Assembly: GCA_010093745.1 (NCBI GenBank)
Contig: MU005960.1
Location: 62,001-126,000, forward strand
From: Piedraia hortae CBS 480.64
Taxonomy: Eukaryota
Direction of reading: 5' to 3'
Length of the DNA: 64,000 bases
The translations under genes were made by a program, and so were the position numbers. Below the pieces are notes generated by a model. That model was not told the DNA's origin. It saw only the letters and a list, made by a program, of their open reading frames with translations, and did no database searches. Below are positions 22,901-38,149 of the stretch, piece by piece. Within the stretch, counting starts at the first letter, position 1. Each line of letters starts with the position of its first letter.

Positions 22901-23299
22901 AATAATGGAGGAAGTAAACCGGTTTATATCCCGCTGAATGGGACGAGGTCGCCTCCCGCGGGGGGGAGGGATGGTATTGCTCCGACGGATACGAAGGAGG
23001 AGATGCTTGAGATTTTTGCGCAGGATGTTGATGGTAGGACTCGCGATGCGAGGAGACTTATGCCTAGGAGGAATTATCTCGCCCTTGTGGTGTTTGATCC
23101 GGAGTTGGTAGTGGGGAATGGGGCTGGGTGGGAGGATGGGAGTGTTGCCGGGAGGAGAGGGGAGGGGAGACTTAGTTTGGCGGCGGATTTTATGGTACAG
23201 GGGAGTATGGATGCACAAGGGACGGTGCCTGGGTGGACGCCGGGACGGCCGGTAAAGTATGGACCTGTTGTTGTGCCGTTTTTGGATTTTGGGCGGTGA
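19944..23299 (+). CDS. WW-domain, PhoD-like phosphatase-domain protein
   Basis: PPLPEGWIAHID...YYYIHLPTQSTQWEFP (WW domain), then a PhoD-like region (GPYLRYTN, GLGGQISAD, LDDGEIFDAYGSY). Intron 22626-22690 joins HESK to DLERTYLIRTLQ. Confidence 0.88.
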
Positions 23300-23382
23300 G
23301 AGCCGGGGAAGGGGGGATTTTTTTTGGGGGGGAGGGGTGTGTGTGGACCCGAGGTGTAGATAGCGATGCTAGCTTCGGGGGG

Positions 23383-23582
23383 NNNNNNNNNNNNNNNNNN
23401 NNNNNNNNNNNNNNNNNNNNNNNNNNNNNNNNNNNNNNNNNNNNNNNNNNNNNNNNNNNNNNNNNNNNNNNNNNNNNNNNNNNNNNNNNNNNNNNNNNNN
23501 NNNNNNNNNNNNNNNNNNNNNNNNNNNNNNNNNNNNNNNNNNNNNNNNNNNNNNNNNNNNNNNNNNNNNNNNNNNNNNNNNN
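23383..23582. other. Assembly gap (200 N)
   Basis: Run of N following G-rich sequence. Confidence 1.
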
Positions 23583-24044
23583 GCCAGAAGGGTGGTCACT
23601 CTCAGTTGTCCATCTACAGCTTCACAAAGTGGTAGAGGATCACAAGATGAGTCCTGGGATGTATCTAGCCGACCCTGCCTACGTCCGAGTCGAGTCTCGT
23701 GTCGAGTACTGGAGACTGATCCAGTGTAGAATAGGTAGAATCAGATTGTAGATCGACCAGCTTACCCTTCAGGACGAAGTCACCCAATGCATGCGAGACA
23801 GATATACGCTGCAAGGGATAAAGAAATATAGGCAAAGACAACGTATGGGATCTTCCCGCCATCGAAAATTGCGTGACTGAAGAGCGGCATTGTATCAACG
23901 AGCCGAAGCTGACCGTATCCCATTGCCTTGCAAAGACTGCCCTCCCTACCACCGCATGACGCTGAGACCGGCAAGACAGCAGCAAAACGGCACTCGCCGC
24001 TAATACAAAGCTACCACTTCGTCGCCGACATAACACCCCCTCGT

Positions 24045-24392
24045 CTAAGCCTTCGCAACCCTTTTCCCCTTCGCATTCTTCTTCGGCGTCTCCGTGATCG
24101 TCAATCCTGGTACCCCATCAGCATCCCTCCCCACCCCAGATGAATTTCACATACCAGGAGGAAGCGACTGGCGGAGTTTATCGGCCTTGGCCGAGTCATT
24201 GACGGAGAGGGTATACAGGTAACGTCTGCATCGGACCTTGAACTTGGTCGGGCCGTTGTTGGATTTCTTTATCCGCGCAGCTGCCTCGCATTAGCGATTG
24301 CCCTCCACTCCAAAGGGCAAAAACAAACACTTGGCATCCTTGCGCAGACAAATCTCAATGAAAGACTTGATATCGTCGACTTGCTGAGGCAT
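24045..24392 (-). CDS. RPL38: 60S ribosomal protein eL38 (3 exons; not in the ORF track)
   Basis: [27 protein letters not shown]...[46 protein letters not shown]. Introns 24328-24281 and 24154-24107, 48 nt each. Confidence 0.97.
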
Positions 24393-24653
24393 TGTCGCAA
24401 CTGTTCGCGAAGGTTGTTCAGAGCGGAATTTCAGTGGGTGACGCGCGGGTGCCAAGACTGCTGGCTTCACGGGTCGTGCCGTTCCGAGATCCCTGCTTGT
24501 TTAGGGTTGGGATTGTGATCTAGCAATGTTGACGTTTGGGAAAGATGGAGCAGGGCATGTCTCACTCGGGATGAGAGGTCGATTTCTGGCCTGATTTTTT
24601 TTTTGTTTTTGTTTATAACATTGACGGAGAGATTGGGGCTGTAACGTGCCAGA

Positions 24654-26591
<1,938 letters not shown>

Positions 26592-26966
26592 ACTAATGTA
26601 TACATGATTGCTATATAGATGGCCATGCCAGTGATATCAAGCAGGTGGAGAGATGAGTGCATGGTCAGATCGGACAAACTTCCAGAATCGACTGGATTGT
26701 TCTGGCAGGATGCACACCCGCTAGTGTCCGCCTGTGTGCGCCAAACGGTTTGTCGATGAACAAACAGCAGTGAAGCGTTATCCACGACTGTCCAACCAAT
26801 GCACGATAGCCTAGAATAGAAACAGATCGGCAAACGACGCAGATCTCGGCCGAGACGGACCGCAGTCACCGACGGACGTCGGGCACTTGGAGGAAGCCGT
26901 TGGAACAGTTTTCGTTTTTCGTCATGTTGCCACCGGTTTCCCCTCCACTGCGGGCGCCGCGACTCA

Positions 26967-29245
26967 ATGACAGGGCCAATTCCGGCATCCCGCGACACCT
27001 TAGGGCCGCGGACCAATTCCGGCCAGTCCAACGACGCCGTTCAGCAGAGGCCTGGGGACCTCCAGCGCACCACCAGCGCCTGGACGCAGACGACAGGAAC
27101 AAGCGCGGTTGAGTCGGCCGACGAAGAGCCGATCAAAAACCGATCATGGCGGCAGAAACTGAATCCGCTGAAGCGCAAGGTGCCGCCGCCGGTGCCGGAC
27201 CAGCGCCAGGTTAGCCGGGAGTACAAAGCAAGCTTCTTCAGCAAGTTGTATTTCCAATGGATGGCGCCGTTGATGAGCGTTGGCTACCAGCGTCCGCTAG
27301 AGACCAATGACCTCTGGACGGTAAACCCAGATCGCAGCGTGGAGAAGCTGCAGCCGCTGACTGTCGCGCATTTCCGAGAGCGGCAGGCAAAAGGAAGCAG
27401 AAATGCCCTTGTCATGGCCCTCTACGATACCTTCAAGAAGGAGTTTTGGATCGGTGGATGCTGTCAACTCGTGGCTTCGTGTGCGCAGGTTCTCTCTCCG
27501 TTTACTATGAAATATGTCATTGCCTTTGCTAGCAAAGCGTACTATGCCAATAAAACCCATGGCCCAGCGCCGCCAATATCCCACGGCATCGCGTTTGTCA
27601 TTGGAATCACCGTCATGCAGCTCGTTCAGTCGCTTTGCACCAACCACTTCCTCTACCGGGGAATGGCCATCGGCGGCCAGGCTAGAGGGACCTTGATTGC
27701 CATGATATTTGACAAGTCAATGACACTCTCTGGCAGGGCGAGAGCTGGAGGCAAGGCCGAAGCACAGCCTCCCAAAGGCACTGAAGCTGGAAGCAAACAG
27801 GAGAAGAAATTCTTCCACAGGAAACTTGGCAAAGAACCTGATAACAGTGAGGGTTGGGGCAACGGCAGAATCGTCAACCTCATGTCAATGGACACTTATC
27901 GTGTCGACCAGGCTTCCAGCATGTTTCACATCGTCTGGACGTCGCCCATTCAGATCCTCTTGACTCTTTCTCTGCTCTGTATCAACTTGACCTACAGCGC
28001 CCTCGCCGGCTTTGCTTTTATCTGCGTCATGATGCCTCTCTTAGGCCGTGCCATTAAGAGTCTTATGTCTCGTCGAAAATCGATCAATCAAGTTACGGAT
28101 CAGAGGGTAAACCTCACACAAGAGATTTTGTCAAACGTTCGCTTCGTCAAATACTTTGGCTGGGAATCGAGTTTCCTGGACCGACTCAAAACCATCCGTA
28201 CAAAAGAGATCAAGATGATCAGTTTGCTGCTGTCGATTCGTAACGGTATCATGGCTATATCAATGACCATGCCCATCTTTGCTGCCATGCTCACCTTTGT
28301 CACATACTCGTCAACGCACAAGGACTTTAACCCCGCTCCCATCTTCTCCTCTCTAGCCTTATTCAACGCCATTCGCGTGCCACTGAATTTGCTACCCACC
28401 GTTATCGGCCAGGTCATTGATGCTCTAGCCTCCCTTGCCCGTATCGAAAGCTTTCTCAATGCGGAAGAGACCAAAGACTCGATTACCTGGGACATGGAGA
28501 ACAAGAACGCCATTACCGTAGACAATGCAGACTTCACCTGGGAGCGGACAACATCACAAGAGAAGAAGAAACCCGAAGACGAAGACGAAGAAGAAGTCCC
28601 CTTCCAGATCCACGACGTCAACCTTGATGTTGGACGAAATGAACTCGTTGCTGTCATCGGCTCTGTTGGCTCCGGCAAGAGCTCTCTACTCTCCGCCCTA
28701 GCAGGAGACATGCGTCTTGTGCGTGGAAACGTAACCTTTGGCGCTTCGAGAGCTTTCTGTCCACAATATGCTTGGATCCAGAATGCCACCGTCAGGGAAA
28801 ACATCGTGTTTGGAAAAGAATTTGACAGGGACTGGTACAATCAGGTCGTCGATGCGTGTGCGTTGCGTGCGGATCTCGATATGCTACCCAGCGGCGATGC
28901 AACGGAGATTGGTGAGCGCGGGATTACCGTCTCCGGTGGGCAGAAGCAACGTATGAATATTGCAAGAGCGATTTACTTTGATGCTGATATTGTGCTCATG
29001 GATGATCCTTTATCAGCTGTTGATGCACATGTGGGCAAGCATATCATGGATAATGCCATTTGTGGGCTGTTGAAGGACAAGTGTCGGGTACTTGCTACGC
29101 ATCAGCTCCATGTGCTGCACAAAGCGGATCGCATTGTGTGGATGAAGGACGGGTCCATCTTTAAAATAGCTACTTATCCTGATCTGATGGACAATGATGA
29201 GGAGTTTCAGCAGCTAATGTCTACGACTGCGGTTGACGAGCGCGC

Positions 29246-29315
<70 letters not shown>

Positions 29316-31214
29316 GAGGGAGAAGAGGGAGAGGAGAAGAAAACTGCTCCTCGAAAACGAAAAAGAAAGCCAAATGCAGCGTTGATGGCGGCTGAAGAGA
29401 AGGCCACTTCAGGCGTCAGTTGGGACGTCTACTCTGCATACATACGGGCTTCGGGTAGCATTCTCAACCTACCCCTGGCTGTGTTTACTCTGCTCCTATC
29501 CCAGGGCGCAAACATCACCACCAGCCTCTGGTTATCCTACTGGACTTCCAACCGCTTCGGTTTCCACAATGCCGTCTACATTGGCATTTACACCGTCCTC
29601 GGCGTGGCCCAAGCAATGCTACTGTTTGGCTTCAGCGTCCTATTAACCTTCCTCTCCACGCGCGCAAGCAGAACAATGCTCCAACGAGCCATGACACGGG
29701 TCCTTCACGCACCCGTTTCCTTCTTCGATACAACGCCCTTAGGCCGGATCATGAACCGCTTCTCCAAAGACGTCGACACCATGGACAATTCTTTGATCGA
29801 AGCCCTTCGCATGTTCCTCTTAACCCTCGCCATGATCTCCAGCGTCTTCATCCTCATTATCGCATACTATTACTTCTTCGCCGTCGTCCTTGTCCCCTTA
29901 GCAATCCTCTTCTGGTTCGCCGCAAGTTACTACCGTGCCTCTGCGCGAGAAGTCAAACGCCACGAAGCCGTAGACCGAAGCATTCTCTTTTCCCGCTTCG
30001 GCGAAGCCGTAACCGGAATCCCCACCATCCGCGCCTACGGACTCGAAAGCCGCTTCTCCGCCTCCGTCCGCTCAGCCGTTGACTCCATGGACGGAATCTA
30101 CTTTTTAACCTTTGCCAACCAACGCTGGCTCGCCACACGGCTGGACCTAATCGGCAACATCCTCGTCTTCGTCGTGGGGATATTAGTCGTAACATCGCGC
30201 TTCAGCGTGAACCCCTCTACCGGCGGCCTCGTCCTCAGCTACATTCTAACTATCGTTCAAATGATCCAATTTAGCGTCCGCCAACTCGCCGAAGTCGAAA
30301 ACAACATGAACTCAACCGAACGAGTCTACTATTACGGTCACGAACTCCCCCAAGAAGGGGATACCACCTCCTCTCGGAAACAAACCTTCAACCCAACCTC
30401 CCGCCCCAACTGGCCCGAAAATGGCTCCATCAAATTCTCAAACGTTTCGATGCGGTACAGACCAGGTCTCCCCCTCGTCCTACAGGACCTAAACCTCGAA
30501 ATCCACCCCGGGGAGAAACTCGGCATAGTAGGCCGGACTGGGGCGGGGAAAAGCTCCATAATGTCCACCATATTCCGTTTGATAGAACTCGATTCAGGGG
30601 AGATCAGAATCGACGATGTCGATATCGCGACCGTACCCCTGCACACCCTGCGGAGCAGGCTCGCCATAATCCCGCAGGACCCGACGCTGTTCAAGGGGTC
30701 CGTACGCTCGAACCTGGATCCGTTTGGGGAGACGGATGATTTGGCTTTGTGGAATGTCATGCGTCTTGTTGGACTTTCCGACCCTACAACCGATAAAACA
30801 CCCGCTGAGGCGAAGAAACAGCAGATTGGACTGGATAGTTCCGTCGAGGACTCGGGATTAAATTTCTCGTTAGGTCAGAGACAATTGCTTGCCCTTGCGA
30901 GGGCGTTGGTCAGAAACGCGAGGATTATTGTCTGCGATGAGGCTACGTCGTCGGTTGATTTTGATAGTGATGCACGCATTCAGGGGGTTATGATGACGGA
31001 GTTTACAGGGAGGACCTTGCTTGTGATTGCGCATAGATTGAGGACAATTGTGGGATATGATCGGATCTTGGTGATGGATGGGGGAAGAGTTGCGGAGTTA
31101 GGGAGTCCGAGGGAGTTGTGGGATCAGGGTGGGATTTTTAGGGGGATGTGTGAACGGAGTGGGATTAGGAGGGAGGATTTAAGGGGTGGGTGGGATGAAA
31201 GGGGAGGGGATTGA
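26967..31214 (+). CDS. YOR1: ABCC/MRP-type ABC transporter (Yor1-like)
   Basis: TMD-NBD-TMD-NBD layout. Walker A GSVGSGKS and GRTGAGKS; signatures VSGGQKQR and FSLGQRQL. 1415 aa, intronless. Orthology is by resemblance only. Confidence 0.9.
29247..29312 (+). repeat. (GAT)22 coding microsatellite (poly-Asp)
   Basis: Perfect repeat in the NBD1-TMD2 linker of the ABC transporter. Confidence 0.95.
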
Positions 31215-32481
31215 TGGTGGGAAGAGGAAGGAGTCATCGTGGATGGAAGTGAAAGGCTATCGTAGGGAGTGCCCGGGGGTTGATCAACCTTGTTGATAGT
31301 CATGAAGCGAGGTATCCGGTAACCCCGGGGGATGGTATAGGGCTGGGATGTAGATACGCTTGCGCTACGTTAGGAAGATCTTCCACTACACTGTATAGGC
31401 AGTAGTTCCAAAAGCAAGCTTTTTCCCTCCCTGGAGTAAAGCATCGTTCTCAAATTAGGGTTAGTGGAGTGATGATAGCTAAGTCTCAGGTTTTATTTGC
31501 GGCTGCAACAGCGCAGTTACTTAGAGAAGCAGCTGAAGGGTGTATTGTCGGGCAAGTGCTGAACTCGGATTCCGAAGGAAGCGCGATCCAAGCGGCCAAA
31601 GGCTCTTGCATCCCACGACCTTGACAGACAACGACCAAACTTCGGGACGACGCAGCAAGTTAGCTTGTGCCCTGGAGTAAGGTGACATTCTCTATGTCGA
31701 TGGAGGCGGGTCAATAGTGAGGAAAATGCCAGGTTAACCAGACAGATGAGGCCCCCAGGAATGAGCAAGCCGCGAGCCGCAAGAAGTGGAGATCTTTTCA
31801 AGAATGAGGCTCGCTACAACCTTTGGGTCGCCATCCGTAACAGAGACTGCAATTAAGTTCATCAAAAACGTTAAGAGGTTCGGTCAGAGCTTGACCTTAA
31901 CTACGGGCGATCGTCAAAGCTGACGAGGTCGGAGCGAAGATCGACTACCCATTTCATCCGGCGAGATGTCATTGGAGGTCAATACAGAGTTGGTTAAGAG
32001 TGAGAAAGTCGAAAAGGTGTGAATTGTCGTTGATAACGGGCTCCATGACGATGATCGAGTGAATTGGGACGAAAAACTACTGGACAGGAATTGCCTGCGC
32101 GAAATACGGCCCAAAAAATACCAAGAATCTGCTGGAAGCAGTGACACAGGGGTATATGGAGCGTCATACAGATGTCGCTATGGAGCGAAGCTGAATGAGG
32201 GGTCTTGGCTCGACAAACCTTCAGTCAACTCCAATGGCGCTCAGGAAAAAGACTTATGGCTATGTCACTTTCCTGAACATTTCACAGCTGTGCAGGATAG
32301 CTGGTTGTGGTGCTGGTCGAACTTGAACGCGATTTGCAGATGGTGGCCTCCGACCTGTTTGTCATGCGCGCTTGTGGTCATGATTGGTTCGGAGGATATT
32401 CGGCACGTGTTGATCTGTTTGCCTTGTTCCGGGCTTGTGACGCTTCGCAGCAGGGCAGTGACACCTGCCTCAACACAATGA

Positions 32482-32838
32482 TGTAGAAATTTGGGCTCCC
32501 GTGGGTGATGGTGCGCAGCGACCCGAAGAGGACGGAGTGATAGACGGAATCAGGGACAGGACAGATGTAGATGTATATGCGTCAATACCAGTGTCGATAT
32601 GACAGTGTGAATGACTATCTATCTCAATGAGGGGACGTCAGAATGAAAATTCTGTACCGGTGGGCCGGTGACGTCACGTCGTACACTAGCAGGGCGCATT
32701 CGCCTCACATATGACATGACCCTGAGGGAAAACCTCTGTGAGGGTAAAACCTAGGTGCAGCTGGTAGTGTAGGAGGTATCGCTGACTCGCTATGCAAGTG
32801 CCCCGCATACGCGCTAGCGGCGATGCTTGACTCTGACA
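32482..32838 (-). mobile_element. LTR-like repeat, copy 2
   Basis: Reads TGTCAG...TTCTACA on the minus strand (TG...CA ends). Homologous to 11689-12050. Confidence 0.75.
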
Positions 32839-32879
32839 CCACACACACAAATTCGTTCACATTTGGGTATGGCATCCGG

Positions 32880-33910
32880 TTCAAGGATATGTCACGTGAT
32901 GACCATGTACAACGTCCTTTCATGTATGCAGCACATGCAACTATACCATTATTTATGTCTTAGTGTACCCACACTATCAGTTCGTCCCCTTTAACTCATC
33001 TTTCTACTTTTCACCATCGGACGCCATTACGGTCATAGGGCCTCCTGGCTCCGACAACTTGAAAGAACCCGCGGAATCCCGTTTACGTGCCCTCCTATCA
33101 TGACGGGCCAGGGTGGACTGATCCTCGAGTCGCCGCTGATTCAGCAGCAAATTCTTCCTAGTGGCTAATATTGAGAAAAGGTGACTCGGTTTGTGTTCGT
33201 GTAGTTACGCTCTCACTCCTGCTAATGTAACGGTTCGATGACTGTTCTGCTCTCAATGTTTCCAGATCTGACTAATACGAAGACTGCATTGTAGCGGTGT
33301 TGACGTTGTTTCACCTATCACTGGGAGCGCGTTTGCCACGTTGCAAGTATGATCATGGACCAATTGACCAACGCGACATGTAAGAAAACCTGTAAGCTGT
33401 TGCAATTATGCTTACATGCTCATAGCAACGAGGCTGCATGCCAACACAATCGAGCTCCACAGGAAGCTTGAGGTATGAAAGAAAGAAGGTGTGGCAGTGA
33501 GACAATTGAGAAAATCATGGAATGAACAGACCTCTACCGATGTTGCCTCAGTGAGAGGACTCCATCCGAATCTAGGCCGGCTCTTGGATAATGCCAAGAA
33601 AAAGCCAGGCCAAGCAACAACGGAAAACGAAAGCCAACATAAAGGCTTCTAGGCATGCCATGCCAAGCAATGCTTTGCGTGCATGTGACCAAGCATCCAG
33701 CTCGTGTCACAACTATTCCTGCCGAAGGAAGTTGCCGTGGCAGAGTGCTACATGGCCATTGGGGAGTGGTCAGGCGAGGTCCCAGCGGCGAAACCTTCTC
33801 CAACACAATCGCCTTAACAAATTTTGAGACTTGGACAAAGTCACCCTCAGATGGCCGACGATCTTAGTTCTAGGCATGCCTCGCAGGTCTTAGAAGTGTC
33901 TCAATGTTGA
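32880..33910 (-). mobile_element. Highly decayed Ty3/gypsy integrase(-chromodomain) relic next to LTR copy 2
   Basis: Minus-strand fragments LRHF*D...GHL...LLRRLCW (resembling the Zn-binding region), PQWP, WHGMPRSL (resembling HGLPKSI), VLVRSGNI and PGGPMTVMASDGE occur in integrase order ahead of the LTR. No clear polypurine tract. Confidence 0.35.
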
Positions 33911-34588
33911 GGCAGCCACGGGGAAACATTACGCCGCCTTTGGGGGATCTAACAACCACTTCTCGTGAAAATCCAAGTCCGGACTTGAGAGCAAAAAAAG
34001 GCGGTGGGTATGAAGCAGGCAGCAATAGCGTATGCGAACATGGTGGCCGAGGAGCATTTGGCCCTCGCCTTGGTGGAAAGGTAAGGAGAGATTCGACTGA
34101 TCATCCACTCCTCTGTCCAGCGCCTCTCGTCTATTGACACCCATTCATCATATCATCCTCTCATTTCGACCGCCTCATCTTCCCACATCCAGCACTTGAG
34201 CTCCCCCATAGAACTCAATAGGTTTTGTCCGTCTAGGTTTTGCCCTCGCCTATATAGGAGCTAGTTCCAGTCATCCTAATGAAAAATATGGGTCACTGTG
34301 CGAAACGCCAAGGTCATACGGGACATTCTTCATCTCTTGCCCCTTGTAACCACACCACCCACAACTTAGCCGGCCAAACAAATCACCCACCCATCAAACC
34401 CCCCAATATCAGCTACACACCTCACCACACACTAACTTTCCTGTGATAGCGTCCTTCCTACCGCCACCCCGCACGTGAAACACCCACCCCAGCTCCACCC
34501 TTCATTATTCCCAAACGAGACTAGCGCTGACGTCATCTCTCCTCCCAAAAAATTCCCACCAACAAACAAATCCCCAACGACGTACACC

Positions 34589-35790
34589 ATGCCTGCGCAC
34601 AAAACCCTCCACATTCGCGCCGAGACCAAACCTCTCGAACACCGCTGCGCCGTTCCGCCCCGCATCGCCGCTAAACTCGTCCAAGCCGGCTATAATATCA
34701 ACATCGAGCGCTCGCCCCTCAGCATCTTCCCCGACTCCGAGTACGATGGCACCGGCGCGAAACTCGTGCCCACTGGCTCATGGATTTCCGCCCCGGCGGA
34801 TAATATCATCATCGGGCTAAAAGAGCTGCCCGAAGAGGAGTTCCCGCTAAAGCAGACACATGTGCAGTTTGCGCATTGTGAGTTGAAGGTTTGGTGTGAT
34901 GGGGGAGGGCTGACTGGGCGGTAGGTTATAAGAACCAGGCGGGATGGGAGAAGGTTCTGGGACGTTTTGCGCGCGGAGGGGGGACGTTGTTGGATCTAGA
35001 ATTTTTAGAGGATGAGAAGGGGAGGAGAGTCGCGGCGTTTGGGTACCATGCTGGTTTCGCTGGCGCGGCGTTGGCGTTGATGACTTGGGGGGAGCAGAAG
35101 CTGGAAAAGACTCTGCCGGGGGTTAAGCCGTTTGGGAATGAGGACTTGCTGTTGGAGCAGGTGAGGGTGTCTGTGAGACGGGGAGAGGAAAAGACAGGGC
35201 AGAAGCCGCGGGTTTTGGTCATTGGAGCATTGGGGAGATGTGGGAAGGGGGCGGTGGATCTTTGTACCAAGGCTGGGCTTACTGATATCATCGTAAGTTT
35301 TATCTCTGGAGATGAAAGGGACAGGCTGACGAGAGAACAGAAGTGGGATATCCAGGAAACGTCGGCGCGGCCAGGACCGTACAAGGAGATTGTCGATGCG
35401 GATATTTTCGTGAACTGCATCTATCTCTCCGCGGCAATCCCGCCGTTTCTGGATAAGGCGTCGCTTAACTCGCCGGATAGACGCCTTAGCGTTGTCTGCG
35501 ATGTGAGCTGTGACACTACCAACCCGCATAATCCCGTTCCGATCTATAATGTCAACACGACGTTTGATAGTCCGACGGTTGCGGTTGAGGGAGTGGAGGA
35601 TCTTAGCGTCATCAGCATTGACCACCTCCCCAGTTTACTGCCTAGGGAGGCTAGTGAGGACTTTGCAGGTGCTTTGCTGCCGTATCTGCTCAAGCTGGAC
35701 CATTGGGAAGAGGAGCCCGTGTGGAGGAGAGCTTTTGAGCTATTTAAGAAGAAGGTTGCGACGTTGCCTGCGAAGGAACGTGGCCAATAG
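34589..35790 (+). CDS. LYS1: Saccharopine dehydrogenase (NAD+, L-lysine forming)
   Basis: LHIRAETKPLEHR, QFAH/CYKNQAGW, RRVAAFGYHAG, GALGRCGKGA, DVSCDTTNPHNP, IDHLPSLLPREAS. Introns 34878-34924 and 35293-35340. Confidence 0.97.
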
Positions 35791-36232
35791 ACCGTTGACT
35801 ATAGGTTGATGTTCAATTAGACTTTTAGTCTTGAAAGTTTCTTGGCCTTGATGAGTCGTCAGTCAAATAAACGCCGGTGTGGGGGAGGGGGGTTTCCTAC
35901 GTGAAAAATCTTTGTGATGCCCTGCCCATATGATTTCCTAAGGCCAGCATAATGTAGCTTGTTCGCTTGGCAGTTTGACGTGCAGCCCATCAAACCAGTG
36001 GTATAAAAACCTTTGTTCTTCCCAGTCGAGTGATTGGTCGTCAAACTGAGGATGGCAGTAATGGTGTGAAGGGGACCACGGCAAGGAACCAGCCAGAGGC
36101 AAATGATATGAATGCAAGGACAGGTGAACGAAAGCGACGGACAGCCATAGACTAGACGATTACCGACACTAAGGGTATATACAAACTCTCAACGCAAACT
36201 ATGAACATCAAGGTCATTACAGTCGTCATGAA

Positions 36233-37962
36233 TTACTCAGGTAGTGGAACTTTGCCCGCTTCCTTTGCCTCGCTCTGGGGTTTGCTCATCTCGTTACGAT
36301 CCTCCTCGGCCTTCGCCTTGTTCTTCTCATTGTCATCTGGTTCAGGTTTCTCAGCTTCAGATTGAGCATTTCCAACCTTATTTGCATCCTCGGAAGAACC
36401 TTGAGCCTCATCCCCATCCCTTTTATAACTAACCTGTGTCAAGGGCGCAGTCTCACCTTGACCCTTCTCATCCGCGCTCTTCTCAGATTTGATTGTCTCT
36501 TCTTTCACAGCTTCAAATTGGACATCTCCAGCTTTGTCAGTAGACCCTTGAGCATCAACTCCATCCTTCTTATCATGCTGGGCCGAGGGCGTTTTGTCAT
36601 ATTTGCCCTTCTCATCCCGTGGAAGTTTAGCTGGGATGTCAGCATCAGCATTGTCATCGTCGCCGCTAACACCACTCTCACTAGCCGATTCCTCAGCAAG
36701 TCTAGCTTCGCGGCCACGCTTATGACACCAATAAAAGACGAAAATCATCACTAGATTAACAAGTCAGCACTGACATTCACACGATCTTGCAATACTGCAA
36801 ACTTACAAAACAGAGCCAACGACATGGCAACATTCGTCGCTGACGCCAAAAAGGGAAATCTCGTCTGGAGAAAATTCACGATACTCTGGAGTATCCCCGC
36901 AACAGCGCCCTGCTGCTTGATCAAGCCTTTGAGTCCTGGGACCTGGCGTTTCTGCTTCGACTTTCCCTGGGAGTTCGCATTCGGACTCGATCTCGGGGTT
37001 GAAGCCTGTTTGGTCTTGGTGGAACTTGGTCCGGACGTTTCATCTGATGCTGATTTTTCGCCCATAGCTGACAGTAATCCAGGACCAAACGATGTGCCCA
37101 ATTTAGCCGGCAGGGTTTTCACTAGTGCCTGGACAAAAGGCGGCAGGGATGCGAACTGCTTCTCCAATGTGGGCCCAGCTTCCCGCATCAGTTTGTCCAT
37201 GTCTTGGTAGGCCGTAGGTACCCCGTTGATGACGTCCTTGAGCACTTGGGTGAACTGTGAATAGATTTTTTCTGTTTCTTGAGAGATAGCAAAGAGATGG
37301 TTGTTGATCGAGGAGACATTCAGACGACTGAGTAGGACCGAGAGTTCTTTCTCCTGTTTCTCGCGCGTCTTTTCCTCATTGATTGTGCCGTCTTCGTTTC
37401 GAACTGGTTCGATCTCGGCATCTTTTGCAGTGTCCCGTCGCATCCAATTGGGAGAGAGGTTTGGCATAGATGGGAGAGAGGAATAGGTGTCACTTGCATA
37501 CTGGGTCCAGGTCTGCTTTGGCTGTTTCTGCTCTTCTTTGGATTCTGAGGTGGGGGACGATTGGCTATTGTCTTCCTTCGACGGTTGCTTTTCCGGAGCT
37601 TTGCCCTTCCCGGGAGATTTCATTGACGGCAGATATGAAGTCCAGGTTCTCTTTTGGCTCTTCTTGTCATTATCGTTATTGCTTCCTTTCTTGTCCTCGA
37701 TGTTCCATTGGTGGACAGCTGCTTCGGCTTCTTCTTGGCTCGGCAGCTCGAATTCCTTTTCCTTTCTGGGTTCACTACCCTCTTTCGCCTCCGAGCTGCT
37801 TTTTCCATTGCTCTCCTTCTGTCTGGTTGATTGACCATCGTGGGCTTTGTCAATCTGCTGTTTGAAAAACGTTTCATCCTCGTCCTTCAGTACAGGGCTC
37901 GGTGGGCCATCCTTATTGCGCGAAAAAATCGAGAGTGAAGGCCAAGAGGTGAGAGAAGACAT
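36233..37962 (-). CDS. Conserved hypothetical fungal protein with a late TM segment and charged tail (2 exons)
   Basis: Helical core LLSRLNVSSINNHLF...VLKDVINGVPTAY. Intron 36806-36751 joins NVAMSLALF to LMIFVFYWCHKRGRE. Confidence 0.8.
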
Positions 37963-38149
37963 GCTATTAGGCCGTAGTTAGGTTGGATGGTGGCAATGGA
38001 AATGATGTCTGTCGAAGAGCGCATGACGGCGTTAGTGACGTCATGAGAAGTACGTCAGACGGTGCGGAAAGAGCTCCGCTGAGACATCGACGCTAACCTA
38101 ACCCTAAACATTTCATCCACACAAACGTAACCTCCGAGTCACGACCGTG

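Noticed and set aside
23637..23722. Possible C/D snoRNA (GGATCA...AGATGA...CTGATCC)
   Set aside because: Box C is imperfect, the stem spacing is wrong, and no rRNA guide was recognised.
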